64,000 bases of DNA from the NCBI GenBank assembly GCA_963792965.1, contig CAWBYW010000007.1, positions 448,001-512,000 of the forward strand. Direction: 5' to 3'. The first letter of the stretch is position 1. Every line of letters starts with the position of its first letter. Origin of the DNA: an uncultured delta proteobacterium (GTDB taxonomy: Bacteria; Desulfobacterota; Zymogenia; Zymogenales; Zymogenaceae). Made by a program: the position numbers and the translations under genes. The notes under the pieces were generated by a model, which saw only the letters and a list, made by a program, of their open reading frames with translations, did not search any database and had not been told where the DNA came from. Of the stretch, positions 10,261 to 20,364 are shown piece by piece.

Positions 10261-11253
10261 TTACAGGGGGACGGGCACGGACTCGATGATATCTGAGAGG
10301 ACCGTTTTTGCCTCCCGGGACCTCCCCATGCCCGCATGGGAAAGCGACTTCAGAACCACGCGGTGGGAGAAGATCGGCAGGACCAGTCTCTTGATATCGT
10401 CGGGGACGACGTAGTCCCTTCCTTCCATCAGCGCCGACACCTGAGAGGCCCTCCTGAGAAAGATCGCCCCTCGCGTTGAGACGCCGAGCTTCAGGTGCTT
10501 GGAGCTCCGGGTTGCATCGACGAGGGCCATCAGATAGCCCAACAGATCATCGTCGATCGCCACCCGATCGGCCGTCCCCTGAAGCCGCGCGAGCTCCTCG
10601 AGAGTCAGCACCTCGCCGACGGCGTCAAGACGTGAATTATGGTCTTCCGTGGAAACGATGATCTTCTCGTAGTCCCCTCCGGGGTACCCGATCTCAAGGG
10701 TCATCATGAACCGGTCCAGCTGTGATTCGGGCAGCGGATAGGTGCCGTGATATTCGAGCGGATTCTGCGTGGCAAGTATCATGAACGGTTTCTTGAGCTC
10801 GTAGGCGCGGTTTTCCACCGACACCTTGGACTCGCTCATCGCTTCCAGCAGCGCGCTTTGCGTTCGCGGGGAGGTCCGATTGATCTCATCGGCCAGCACG
10901 AAATTGTGAAAGATCGGCCCGGGAATGAACTCAAACTCTTCACCCGATTTCCTCAAGACCGAGACCCCGATGATGTCGGACGGAAGCATATCGGAGGTGA
11001 ATTGGATACGCATGAAGCTGCCACCCACCGATTTAGCGATAGCGTGGGCGAGCGTCGTCTTACCCACCCCCGGAACGTCTTCTATGAGCAGATGACCGCC
11101 CGAAAGAAGGCTGGTCACGGCAAGCCTGATAACCTCGGGTTTCCCGATGATGGCCTTTTCAACATTGGAGACGAGCCGATCGATGATACGCTGCACGCCT
11201 GTTACGTCGATATTCCGTGGCTGATCAAATACGTTTAACATTTTCTTATCCAT
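10261..11253 (-). CDS. moxR: MoxR family AAA+ ATPase
   Basis: EDVPGVGKT, RIQFT, LADEINRTSPRTQSALLEAM, PLPESQLDRF. Confidence 0.93.
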   Translation of the reverse strand: MDKKMLNVFDQPRNIDVTGVQRIIDRLVSNVEKAIIGKPEVIRLAVTSLLSGGHLLIEDVPGVGKTTLAHAIAKSVGGSFMRIQFTSDMLPSDIIGVSVLRKSGEEFEFIPGPIFHNFVLADEINRTSPRTQSALLEAMSESKVSVENRAYELKKPFMILATQNPLEYHGTYPLPESQLDRFMMTLEIGYPGGDYEKIIVSTEDHNSRLDAVGEVLTLEELARLQGTADRVAIDDDLLGYLMALVDATRSSKHLKLGVSTRGAIFLRRASQVSALMEGRDYVVPDDIKRLVLPIFSHRVVLKSLSHAGMGRSREAKTVLSDIIESVPVPL

Positions 11254-11369
11254 CTTTTTATTATACCGACCTATCGCGCCCACGTCAACCCTGCTTATGA
11301 GAAAGAGGGAGACGTCCGTAAACAGGATTTGCCTTGCCAATAGGGATGGAAATCTACTATAATATATAT

Positions 11370-11627
11370 ATGGAAAGCTATGTTGAGATCTATTTCTCCT
11401 ACAACACCTTTGAGACGGACCTCATCTCCGAGATCCTGACGCGTGAAGGCATACCGTTTATTGTGAGAGACCAACGAATAACCCCCTATCCCCTGACGAT
11501 CGACCATTTCCCGGAACAACGATTTGCCGTCCCACGGTCCGAGTCCGACCACGCAAGGACGGCCATCAGAAGCGCCCGGGAGACCGGCGCCCTTCCCGGG
11601 GACGGCACCTTCGTCGAAGATGATTAG
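11370..11627 (+). CDS. Small DUF2007-like protein
   Basis: 85 aa; ETDLISEILTREGIPFIV followed by a VP-helix pattern typical of DUF2007. Confidence 0.55.
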   Translation: MESYVEIYFSYNTFETDLISEILTREGIPFIVRDQRITPYPLTIDHFPEQRFAVPRSESDHARTAIRSARETGALPGDGTFVEDD

Positions 11628-12067
11628 TCCCCACTTCATCGCCGACCCATCCCTCGGCAGGCTCTGTCGGTGGCTGAGAGCCCTCGGCTTTGACTGCGTC
11701 TACACGCGCGGGGAAGCCGAAGGCTCATTGACGGCGGCAGAAAGTGGGAGATCGCATCTATCTTACCCGGCACGCCGACCTTATCGGCAGGGGAGTCATC
11801 TATATCGGTGAGGACCGGGTCTTTGACCAGCTCAGGGTCATGAACCGATTCATCAGTCTGAGACGCGCTGCCGATCCCCTTTCCCGATGTGTGGAGTGCA
11901 ACGCCCAGCTGGTAGATGTCGGGAGGCAGGACGTCAAGGGGGAGGTCCCGGAGCATATATATATTACCTATGAGCGGTTCACCCGATGCCCCTCCTGTAA
12001 ACGGCTCTACTGGCCGGGAACCCATGTAGACCATATGCGTGAGAAAATCGAGGAGATACTCACCTGA
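11620..12067 (+). CDS. Mut7-C RNase (PIN + Zn ribbon) domain protein; one frameshift near 11740
   Basis: FIADPSLGRLCRWLRALGFD in one frame; RCVECN...RCPSCKRLYWPGTH in another. Confidence 0.82.
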
Positions 12068-12181
12068 CCTGTTCCGTTTCGTTTCCGATACATAAGCAGA
12101 ACGTCGGCCGAGGCGCACGACGGCCGTAGCCCATGGGTTTTTCATCCTTTTTCGAGTTACTATACGCCAAGGAGGAACCGT

Positions 12182-12586
12182 ATGAACCAGCGTAACCTCT
12201 GGGAAGAGATAAAAGAAGGGGCTCAGGATGGGTTCGAGGTTTTCAAAGAGGAAATGGCCAAATTCACCCAGGAGCTCGAAAAGCAGGGAAAGATCATAAA
12301 GAAGAGGATGGATCTCTCCTCGATTCAGCGGAAGGTCCACCAGAGTTTCACCCTGCTCGGGAGCCGCCTCTACGAGCTGACCGAAGAAGGTAAGGAAAAG
12401 ACCGTCTTGAAGGACCCCGAGATACTAAAGCTTATCTCTGACATCAAAGAGTATAAGGCGCAGGTTGAGGCGATCGAGGACGAGATCATGAAAATCAGGG
12501 AAGAAGGGACCGAGAGAAAGGATGAGACAACCGCAGATACCGGGGAAACGGGAAAAGAGAAAGGATCACGAGAAACGCAGAAGTAA
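12182..12586 (+). CDS. Hypothetical charged coiled-coil protein
   Basis: AGGAGG Shine-Dalgarno; E/K-rich helical 134-aa ORF followed by a hairpin. Confidence 0.7.
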   Translation: MNQRNLWEEIKEGAQDGFEVFKEEMAKFTQELEKQGKIIKKRMDLSSIQRKVHQSFTLLGSRLYELTEEGKEKTVLKDPEILKLISDIKEYKAQVEAIEDEIMKIREEGTERKDETTADTGETGKEKGSRETQK

Positions 12587-12619
12587 CACCGCCACCGACC
12601 ATCACACTCGAAGGACTAT

Positions 12620-12645
12620 TCGGGCCGCTCGAAAGAGCGGCCCGA
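12620..12645. terminator. Hairpin between convergent genes
   Basis: TCGGGCCGCTC-GAAA-GAGCGGCCCGA, perfect 11-bp stem with GNRA loop. Confidence 0.7.
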
Positions 12646-12649
12646 CTTC

Positions 12650-13739
12650 TTAGAAGATATCCCGCTCCCTATGGCTGTCGGTCAGCTGCAGGTTGATGGT
12701 GAGCACGACGTCTTTTTTTATATCATGCACTCTAAACGTCAACGGGATCTTGAATGACGAAGGCCCCGTGCGCTCCACCTCGCCCCCGAGCACGAGGTCT
12801 ACGGCAAACTCCTCCCCCTCGGGCCCTGACGGCCGGATTTCGGCGGCCTCGGGCTCCTCGATCTCGATCTTGATTTCTTCCTCGGCCGCGGGTGCGAGCT
12901 CCCCGCTCGATTCCACCCGGCTCTCCTCGTACTCGCCCATCACACCCAAATGATCCCGGGTCGTCCCCTTCCCTTTTTCGGCCTCGGGGAATTCTTCCTC
13001 CGGCTCGATGATCTCACCTTCGGAAAAGTCGGCCGTCGCCCGCCTGCCGCCGACCGCCCGTGCGTCGGTCTGAGCGGTCCGCTCCTCGATTATCTCCTCC
13101 CGTCCCGGACCCTCCTGGGTCGTCGCACCGTATCTGAGGATCTTTTGGGATTCGTAGGAGTCCTTGAGGTGGCGAAGCACCATGCGGGAGATGGCCGAGA
13201 GCGTCTCCATCACCCCTTTGCCCGTTGTTGCGATCGCTTCGAAGTGAGGGATATCCCCACTCGTTCAGTCTCTTGTTGAGATCGGACGCCGTATCGATCT
13301 CCCGGAGGTCCCGCTTATTGTACTGGATAACAAACGGGAGGTTCGTGATGCTCTTCCCATACTCGTTGAGGTTCTCCTCGAGGTTCTTGAGGCTGTCGAC
13401 GTTGTCCTGGAGTTTCTCTTTCTGGGAGTCCGCCACGAAGACGACGCCGTCGACGCCCTTGAGAACCATCTTCCTCGTTGCATTGTAGAAGACCTGCCCG
13501 GGAACGGTATAGAGGTGGAACCGGGTGGTGAATCCCTTGACATCGGGTATCTCCACCGGAAGGAAGTCAAAGAAGAGCGTCCTGTCCGTCTGCGTGGGGA
13601 GCGTAATGAGCTTGCCCCGATGCTCGGGTTTGAGCCGTTGGAAGATATACTGGATATTTGTGGTCTTGCCTGAAAGGCCCGGACCGTAATAGACGATCTT
13701 GGCGTTGATCTCTTTATTCGCGTAATTGATGAGGGCCAT
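12650..13739 (-). CDS. MglA-family small GTPase with long acidic C-terminal extension; frameshift near 13248
   Basis: KIVYYGPGLSGKTTN, RTLFFDF, LYTVPGQV, QYNKRD; removing one base restores YPHFEAIATTGKGVMETL and fuses the E-rich tail (~362 aa). Confidence 0.85.
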
Positions 13740-13753
13740 ATACCCCTTCCTTT

Positions 13754-14818
13754 TTAGCTGCTCTTTTCCTTTACGGCCATAAGCTTCTTTGCGTTGGCGT
13801 TAATCGCAGAGGGGACGTTCCTGCTGCCGGCCAGATCCTTGAGGTCTTTTTTCGTAATATACTGCATCAACCGCATGGCGATCCCGGTGGGAGTCTTCGG
13901 GTTATATACGAGAGCAAGCCGAATCGAGTAGTTCTTAAGCCATTCCTTATTTTGGGCGATCAGCCGTACCGCCTCATCATTGGCCTGTTTGTTCTGGGCG
14001 ACCTTGAGGACCTCGTCCTCGGTGATCTTCGGGCTCTTGATTACCGCGGCTATCACGAGCCTGCTTGCGTCTTTCAGCAGGATACCCCGCGTCTCCTTGT
14101 TCCCCCGTTGGGCGTATTTAATTCTCTCCGAGACGGACATACGTTGAAGCCGGGCCGCAAGGTTGTGCTCGTCCATCTTTTCGTCATCTTGGGAAGTGAG
14201 CACCGCGTCCAGCTCCTTCTCCACGGGGACGGCTGGACCCGTCGGCCCCGAGCCCTTTGTCTCCTCCGTTGAGGGTGACGCCGTCATCACCGGTGCTTCT
14301 TGTTGCGGCCTATCGATTTCCCGCTGTCTGATCGTGGGATCGGCGAACTCCATGAGGCGCTGCTTGAGTGCTCCCTTCACGGCCGGATTGGCCAAGAGGA
14401 CCTCGAGAATCCCCCGCGAGCGCGAAAGCCGCTCGTGGTTCAACGCGATTGACTCCAGAACCCTAACGTTGCCCACCGAGGCCAGGAACGCGAGCGTTTC
14501 ATCGGAGATATTCTTGTTTGAAAGCGCCTTTTCTATGAAGAGGTGGCTCTGCTGATGGTGGCGGACGATGTAATCGATAATCTGTGGCTCGATGTCCGAT
14601 TCCAGGAGGTTTTCGACGATCTTGGGAGAATACTTTTTGAGCGTATCGGCGGCAAGACCCCGAATCCCCTCATCCTTGTCGTAACAGAGTATATAGAGAA
14701 TCTTTATGACATCCCGCGCCGACAGGGGGATCATCCCCCGTGCGGCCATGACGCGGACCTCTTTCGGCGAGGAGGGGCTGACGAATTTTAGCGCACTCTG
14801 TGATATGATGATCTTCAC
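13754..14818 (-). CDS. Conserved hypothetical helical-repeat protein
   Basis: 354-aa helical ORF with LVYNPKTP repeat-like motif; overlaps the SPOR gene stop. Confidence 0.7.
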   Translation of the reverse strand: MKIIISQSALKFVSPSSPKEVRVMAARGMIPLSARDVIKILYILCYDKDEGIRGLAADTLKKYSPKIVENLLESDIEPQIIDYIVRHHQQSHLFIEKALSNKNISDETLAFLASVGNVRVLESIALNHERLSRSRGILEVLLANPAVKGALKQRLMEFADPTIRQREIDRPQQEAPVMTASPSTEETKGSGPTGPAVPVEKELDAVLTSQDDEKMDEHNLAARLQRMSVSERIKYAQRGNKETRGILLKDASRLVIAAVIKSPKITEDEVLKVAQNKQANDEAVRLIAQNKEWLKNYSIRLALVYNPKTPTGIAMRLMQYITKKDLKDLAGSRNVPSAINANAKKLMAVKEKSS

Positions 14819-15669
14819 TGATTGCCCTTGAGGACTGCCGGCGAGAACCCCTTTTCCTTGAGCAGCTTCATGTCCTTGTCGGCCTCATCGGCGGTCTTGT
14901 ATGATCCCAGTCGAAGCGCTTTCAGGACCACCGTCGCTTCCCGCCGCTCTATTAACGGGCTATAGCCGAGCTCCTTGATCTTTCTCTCAGCGTTTGCCGC
15001 ATCTGTCTGGAAGTAGTACTTCCCTGCCGAAACATCACGGAGCCCTCCCTCTCCGGGGATGACCTCTCCACTAAACCCTTTGGCGGCGAGAGCCGCCGCG
15101 ATCTCCTTGCCCTTATTTTCGTCCGTCCCTTTTTCAACAACGACGAAAAACATCGGCATCGTTCGTCTTACGTCTTTAACGTAGGGGGTAAAGCCGAGCG
15201 CCGTGACCGCATCTCGCGCCTCAGTCAGGTTCTTATCGATGATATAGGCGCCGACCTGCAGCGTGTACATATCCGCCCCGACAACCTCCGTTTTAGGAGG
15301 AGGCGCCTTTTCCGTGGGCTTCTTTGTGACCGTTTCCGGCGCTTCCTTTTTTGCGGGCGGAGGCATCCCTTCCGTCTTCTTTTTTTCAGGTATCGACGGC
15401 TCTGCGTTGGGTGTATGTATAACGGGAGTCTCGCCGGTCCCGACGGAGGTCGGGGTAAACGCGGCGGCGGGCGTGTTCCCCTTTACGGTGATGTCCTTGA
15501 GATCAAGTGGTTTGGGAGGAGTGGGTTTAGCCCCCGGCTCTTCCTGAGAGCATCCCGTCATAAAAAAGAGAGCCAGGAGTATGAGGCAGGATATCGAACA
15601 ATAGACCGCCCGCAGCGCGAAAAGACGAGCCTTCCTCCCCGTCCGTGAGCATGTCGGCACGATACTCAT
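14815..15669 (-). CDS. SPOR-domain lipoprotein
   Basis: TM/lipobox MTGC, P/K-rich linker, YTLQVGAY and LRLGSYKTADEA SPOR repeats. Confidence 0.78.
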   Translation of the reverse strand: MSIVPTCSRTGRKARLFALRAVYCSISCLILLALFFMTGCSQEEPGAKPTPPKPLDLKDITVKGNTPAAAFTPTSVGTGETPVIHTPNAEPSIPEKKKTEGMPPPAKKEAPETVTKKPTEKAPPPKTEVVGADMYTLQVGAYIIDKNLTEARDAVTALGFTPYVKDVRRTMPMFFVVVEKGTDENKGKEIAAALAAKGFSGEVIPGEGGLRDVSAGKYYFQTDAANAERKIKELGYSPLIERREATVVLKALRLGSYKTADEADKDMKLLKEKGFSPAVLKGNQ

Positions 15670-15716
15670 GGGTCCTCACCTCCCCTCACCTCTTCACCGG
15701 GACGTTCCGGAATGGG

Positions 15717-17798
15717 TTATCCTTCCTCCTTCTCCTTCTGAGCGGCCTGGACGATCTTCTCCGCGAACTGGGCCGGGACCTCCTCATAGTGATCGATCTC
15801 CATGGTAAAGGTTCCCCGCCCGCTCGTGATGGACCTGAGGTCGGGCGCGTAGGTGAGGACCTCGGCCATCGGCACCAATGCCTTGATGATCTGGATTCCG
15901 TCGTTGACGTCTATCCCCGCGACGCGGCCCCTGCGGCTGTTCAGATCACCCATGACGTCCCCGACGTAGTCCTCCGGCACGACGACTTCCATCTTCATGA
16001 TCGGCTCCAGCAGCACGGGGCCTGCCTCCATGAAGATCTTCTTGAATCCCATTGACGCCGCGATCTTGAAGGCCATCTCCGACGAATCGACGGAGTGATA
16101 CGAGCCATCCACGAGCGAGACCTTGATGTCCGTCACGGGGTAGCCGGCCATCACGCCGCCGAGCATTGCTTCTTCGATCCCCTTCTGACAGGCGGGGATA
16201 TACTGGCGGGGGATGGCACCGCCGACGATCCTGTCGGCAAACTCAAACCCCCCGCCCCTCGGCATCGGCTCGATCTCGAGCCACGTGTCGCCGAACTGGC
16301 CCCGGCCGCCGGTCTGCTTCTTGTACCGGCCCTGGCCGCGGGCTTTTTTGCGGACTGTCTCGAGGTACGGTACCTTGGGCGTGGAGAGGTCTACCTCGAC
16401 CCCGAACTTGCTCTTGAGTTTTGCCATGAGCACTTCGAGGTGTACCTGCCCCATACCTGAGAGAACCAGCTCCTTGGTCAGCTCATCACGGTGGATTCTC
16501 AGGGTCAGATCTTCTTCCATGAGGCGATGGATGGAGCTCATGACCTTATCTTCGTCGCCCTTGCTCTTGGGCTTGATGGCAAAGAACATGATCTGGGGCG
16601 GGGTCGAAAATCCCGGGAAGATGACCGGGTTCCCGTCGTCGGCCAGCGTGTCTCCGGTGCCGGTTTCTTTGAGCTTGGCGACGGCCGCGATATCGCCCGC
16701 GGGCGCACTCGCGGTCGGCTTCTGCCCCTTTCCGCGCACATACATGATCTGACCCACCCGCTCCTTGGCGCCTTTCGTGGTATTGGTGACGGTCGAGTCG
16801 GCCTTCATCGTTCCCGAGACGACCCTGAAGATCGAAAGTTTTCCGGCGTAGGGATCCGCGATCGTCTTGAAGACGAGGGCCGAAAGGGGGCCGTTGGGGT
16901 CCGCCTTGATCTGGACTTCCTGCCCGGCCTTATTGGTCGCCACAAACGGTTTCCGATCAATTGGCGAGGCCGCCGAGTTGGCGATGAAATCGAGCAGCGG
17001 ATGGACGCCGATATTCTTGAGCCCCGAGCCGCAAAAAACCGGCACGAAGCTTCCGTTGACGAACCCCGCCTTGAGCCCCTCGGCCAGCTCATCGGGGGAG
17101 ATCTCTCCGCCTTCGAGATATTTTTCCAGCAGGGCGTCGTTTGATTCGGCGATGCTCTCGATCATTTCCCCCCTGAGTGTCTCGATAGTCGAGGCCAGAT
17201 CCGCGGGGATATCAGCTTCGTCGTATTTCCCGGATGCATCCCCCGCATACTTCAGGGCCTTCCCGAGGAAGAGGTCCACCACACCCGAGAAGCCCACCTC
17301 TTTACCGATCGGGTAGGTCAGAACGGCGACCTTACACTTGAAAACTGATTTCACCGAAGAGAGGATCCGCTCGAAGTCGGCCCGCTCCCGGTCGAGTTTT
17401 GATATGAAGACGGCCTTAGGTATGCCTAATTCATCGGCCCTTTTCCACATACGCTCGGTCTGAATCTCGACACCACCCACCGCATCGACGACGATGACGG
17501 CATTGTCCGCGACCGAGAGGCAAATCTGGGAATCGGTGTTGAAATCGGCATCGCCCGGGGTATCGATCAGGTTTACCTTTTTCTTCTTCCACTCAAAATC
17601 GAAAAAAGAGGTGCTGATGGATATGTTTCTCTTGATCTCCTCCGGATCGAAATCCATTGACGTGGTCCCTGCGTCTACCTTGCCCAGCCGGTCGATCGCC
17701 TTAGCGCAAAAGAGGATTGCCTCCGCGAGGCTCGTCTTGCCGCAGCCTCCATGGCCGACAAATGCAACCGTTCGAATATCGGTGGTCTCGTATGCCAT
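15717..17798 (-). CDS. fusA: Elongation factor G-like protein (EF-G2 / FusA2 type)
   Basis: GHGGCGKT, DTPG, GMGQVHLE, KKQTGGRGQFG, DGSYHSVDSSEMAFK; divergent G2/G3 motifs. Confidence 0.9.
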   Translation of the reverse strand: MAYETTDIRTVAFVGHGGCGKTSLAEAILFCAKAIDRLGKVDAGTTSMDFDPEEIKRNISISTSFFDFEWKKKKVNLIDTPGDADFNTDSQICLSVADNAVIVVDAVGGVEIQTERMWKRADELGIPKAVFISKLDRERADFERILSSVKSVFKCKVAVLTYPIGKEVGFSGVVDLFLGKALKYAGDASGKYDEADIPADLASTIETLRGEMIESIAESNDALLEKYLEGGEISPDELAEGLKAGFVNGSFVPVFCGSGLKNIGVHPLLDFIANSAASPIDRKPFVATNKAGQEVQIKADPNGPLSALVFKTIADPYAGKLSIFRVVSGTMKADSTVTNTTKGAKERVGQIMYVRGKGQKPTASAPAGDIAAVAKLKETGTGDTLADDGNPVIFPGFSTPPQIMFFAIKPKSKGDEDKVMSSIHRLMEEDLTLRIHRDELTKELVLSGMGQVHLEVLMAKLKSKFGVEVDLSTPKVPYLETVRKKARGQGRYKKQTGGRGQFGDTWLEIEPMPRGGGFEFADRIVGGAIPRQYIPACQKGIEEAMLGGVMAGYPVTDIKVSLVDGSYHSVDSSEMAFKIAASMGFKKIFMEAGPVLLEPIMKMEVVVPEDYVGDVMGDLNSRRGRVAGIDVNDGIQIIKALVPMAEVLTYAPDLRSITSGRGTFTMEIDHYEEVPAQFAEKIVQAAQKEKEEG

Positions 17799-17898
17799 AT
17801 GCCGTCTGCTCCTACACAAAAAACCAAGTTATCATAATAGGATATTTGCCGAAAAAGTCAAGGAAAGTTTGTCCGCAGCCAATCTCTTTTGCGCGCGT

Positions 17899-18678
17899 TC
17901 ACGAACGATTCAGGTAATAGATGATTTTGAGACCCTCAAGCGTCAGGAACTTGTCCACCTCTTTGATCGTCCTGGACTCGCCGGCTATTAGCTCCGCAAG
18001 CCCCCCCGTGGCGATCACCCACGGCTGGGAGCCCGCCTCGTTTTTGATTCGATCCACCAGCCCGTCCACCATATCGACATAGCCCAACACGATGCCCGCC
18101 TGCATGCTGTTGATGGTGTTTTTCCCGATAATATTCTTCGGCTTCACCAGCTCCACCTTGAACAGCCTGCTCGCCTTGGCAAACAACGCCTCGCTGGACG
18201 TCATAAGCCCCGGGGCGATGACGCCTCCCATATACTCGCCGTTTTCCGTTACGTAGTCAAACGTGGTGGCGGTCCCGAAGTCAACGACGATCTGAGCGGA
18301 TTTTCTGCGGTGGTAAGCCGCTACCGCGTTAACGATCCGGTCGGCCCCGACCTCCTTCGGATTGTCATAGTAGATCGGCATTCCCGTCTTGATGCCGGGC
18401 TCCACGTAAAGCGGCTCCAGATCGAAATACTTCCCGCACAAGTCGTCGATGATCCCCACCATCGGGGGCACGACACACGAAACGATAATATCCTTGATAT
18501 CCCGCGAATTGATACGCGACGAGTAGTAGAGGCTTTGAATGAGGACGCCGTACTCGTCGGACGTGCGCTCGGGTAAGGTGACGACGCGCCAATTGCTTAT
18601 GAGATCATCCCCGTCATACACACCGATGACGGTATTGGTATTGCCCACATCAACGACTAACAGCATGGTTTTCCTCAC
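17899..18678 (-). CDS. coaX: Type III pantothenate kinase
   Basis: DVGNTNT, VGADRI, VDFGTATT, IATGG. Confidence 0.95.
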   Translation of the reverse strand: MRKTMLLVVDVGNTNTVIGVYDGDDLISNWRVVTLPERTSDEYGVLIQSLYYSSRINSRDIKDIIVSCVVPPMVGIIDDLCGKYFDLEPLYVEPGIKTGMPIYYDNPKEVGADRIVNAVAAYHRRKSAQIVVDFGTATTFDYVTENGEYMGGVIAPGLMTSSEALFAKASRLFKVELVKPKNIIGKNTINSMQAGIVLGYVDMVDGLVDRIKNEAGSQPWVIATGGLAELIAGESRTIKEVDKFLTLEGLKIIYYLNRS

Positions 18679-19463
18679 TCGAATTGTAGGTCCCCGGAGA
18701 TGACTTTGGATATCTTACCCGTGTCGTCTTCCACTAAAAGAAATCCGTCCTCATCGATGCCTATCGCGCTGCCGCAGATACGGGCGCCGGCCACATCTAT
18801 AAAGACCCTTTTCCCCGTCGTTTGCTCAAAGGCCCGAAACCGGCTTATGATCGACTCGAAATCCGAAGACAGATAGAGATGGTACCAATAGTCAAGGCGG
18901 TACAGGAGCTTGAACAAGACGTCTTTGATCGATACCGCGTACCCGAGCTCGAGGTAGAGCGACGTCGCGATATCCGCCACCTCAGGCGGCATTTCCCGCT
19001 TAGAGCAATTGATATTGATTCCGATGCCGAGGATATAGAATCCCTCTCCGCCTCCATCCTTTCCCATCTCCAGCAATATTCCCGAAATCTTCCTGCCTGT
19101 GACCATCACGTCGTTGGGCCACTTGATAAAGACCCCCTTCGGGATATAGTCAGCCAGCGTCTCCGCGACGGCCACGGCCGCCAGTATCGTCAGAAACGAC
19201 GCCTTCTTGGAGGGGATCTTCGGCCGCAATACCACCGACATATAGAGATTTTGTCCCCCGAGTGAGGCCCACGCCTTTCCCCTCCTTCCCTTGCCGTGCC
19301 GCTGGTTTCGAGCTATGACGACCCACCCCTCCTGCCCCCCCTTCTGGGCGAGCTTGAAGGCGTCCTCGTTGGTCGAGTCGGTCTCATCGACGGATATGAT
19401 CTCACGACCCATCACCCGGGTCTTGAGCATACCTTTGATGAAATAGGAGAGGTCTTCGCTCAT
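18675..19463 (-). CDS. birA: Biotin-protein ligase (no N-terminal HTH)
   Basis: DSTN, GKGRRG, KWPND, KISGIL, GIGININ. Confidence 0.92.
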   Translation of the reverse strand: MSEDLSYFIKGMLKTRVMGREIISVDETDSTNEDAFKLAQKGGQEGWVVIARNQRHGKGRRGKAWASLGGQNLYMSVVLRPKIPSKKASFLTILAAVAVAETLADYIPKGVFIKWPNDVMVTGRKISGILLEMGKDGGGEGFYILGIGININCSKREMPPEVADIATSLYLELGYAVSIKDVLFKLLYRLDYWYHLYLSSDFESIISRFRAFEQTTGKRVFIDVAGARICGSAIGIDEDGFLLVEDDTGKISKVISGDLQFE

Positions 19464-20299
19464 TGAATCTCGATCTTCATGTTGATATCGACTGACCGAA
19501 CCGAATGGGTCAGATATCCCATCGAGATGAAATCGACGCCGGCCTCGGCATAGCTCCTGATTGTCTCGGGCGTCATGTTTCCCGATGCTTCCGTCAGCGC
19601 TTTGCCTTTGACGAGCCGCACCGCCGCCCGGGCCTCTTCGGGAGTCATATTGTCAAGGAGCAGGATGTCGGTCCCCGCGGCCAGGGCCTCCCGGATCTCC
19701 TCGGTGTTCTTCACCTCCACCTCGATCTTAGCGGTATGGGGCGCGGATCGTCGCGCGCACGCGACGGCGCTTCCGATCGATCCCGAAGCCGTGATGTGAT
19801 TGTCTTTGATGAGCACCCCGTCGGAGAGCGAGAAACGGTGGTTATGTCCTCCGCCCGTCCGCACCGCGTACTTTTCGAGGTATCGCCAGCCGGGGGTGGT
19901 CTTTCTGGTATCAACGATCCGCGTTTTCGTCCCATCGACGAGCGCCACGCAGCGCCTCGTGGCCGTGGCGATACCCGACAGCCGCATGAGGAAGTTGAGA
20001 GCCGTCCGCTCTCCCATGAGGAGAGATGCGGTGGGGCCGGCGACTCTCGTGATGATCTCGCCCTTCTTCACCTCGTCGCCGTCCTTTTTTTCGTCCTCGA
20101 AGACGACGCCCCCCCCGATCCGATCAAAGACGGCCTCAAATACCGGCAGTCCTGCCAGCACGAGGTCCTCTTTTGCCCGCACCACCGCCCGCGACCGGGA
20201 CTCGGCACCGATCATCGACTCCGTCGTGATGTCGCCGCCGCCGAGATCCTCGGCAAGCGCCAGCTCGATGAGATGGAGGATATGGGGGGTCAGCTGCAT
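19460..20299 (-). CDS. nadC: Nicotinate-nucleotide pyrophosphorylase (quinolinate PRTase)
   Basis: GERTALN, DTRKTTPG, LIKDNH, LLDNM, EASG. Confidence 0.96.
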   Translation of the reverse strand: MQLTPHILHLIELALAEDLGGGDITTESMIGAESRSRAVVRAKEDLVLAGLPVFEAVFDRIGGGVVFEDEKKDGDEVKKGEIITRVAGPTASLLMGERTALNFLMRLSGIATATRRCVALVDGTKTRIVDTRKTTPGWRYLEKYAVRTGGGHNHRFSLSDGVLIKDNHITASGSIGSAVACARRSAPHTAKIEVEVKNTEEIREALAAGTDILLLDNMTPEEARAAVRLVKGKALTEASGNMTPETIRSYAEAGVDFISMGYLTHSVRSVDINMKIEIQ

Positions 20300-20364
20300 T
20301 TCACGCCCGTCACGATCTTCACCGGCACCGTCCCGCCTGAAGGTATGTATATATCGTGCCCGAT

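Noticed and set aside
7104-11253. MoxR-DUF58-transglutaminase operon as a novel system
   Set aside because: A widespread, already described gene trio with no unusual features here
12161-12170. TATACGCCAA matching the end of the MITE-like repeat
   Set aside because: Only 10 bp, no partner arm, and it abuts a Shine-Dalgarno; likely chance
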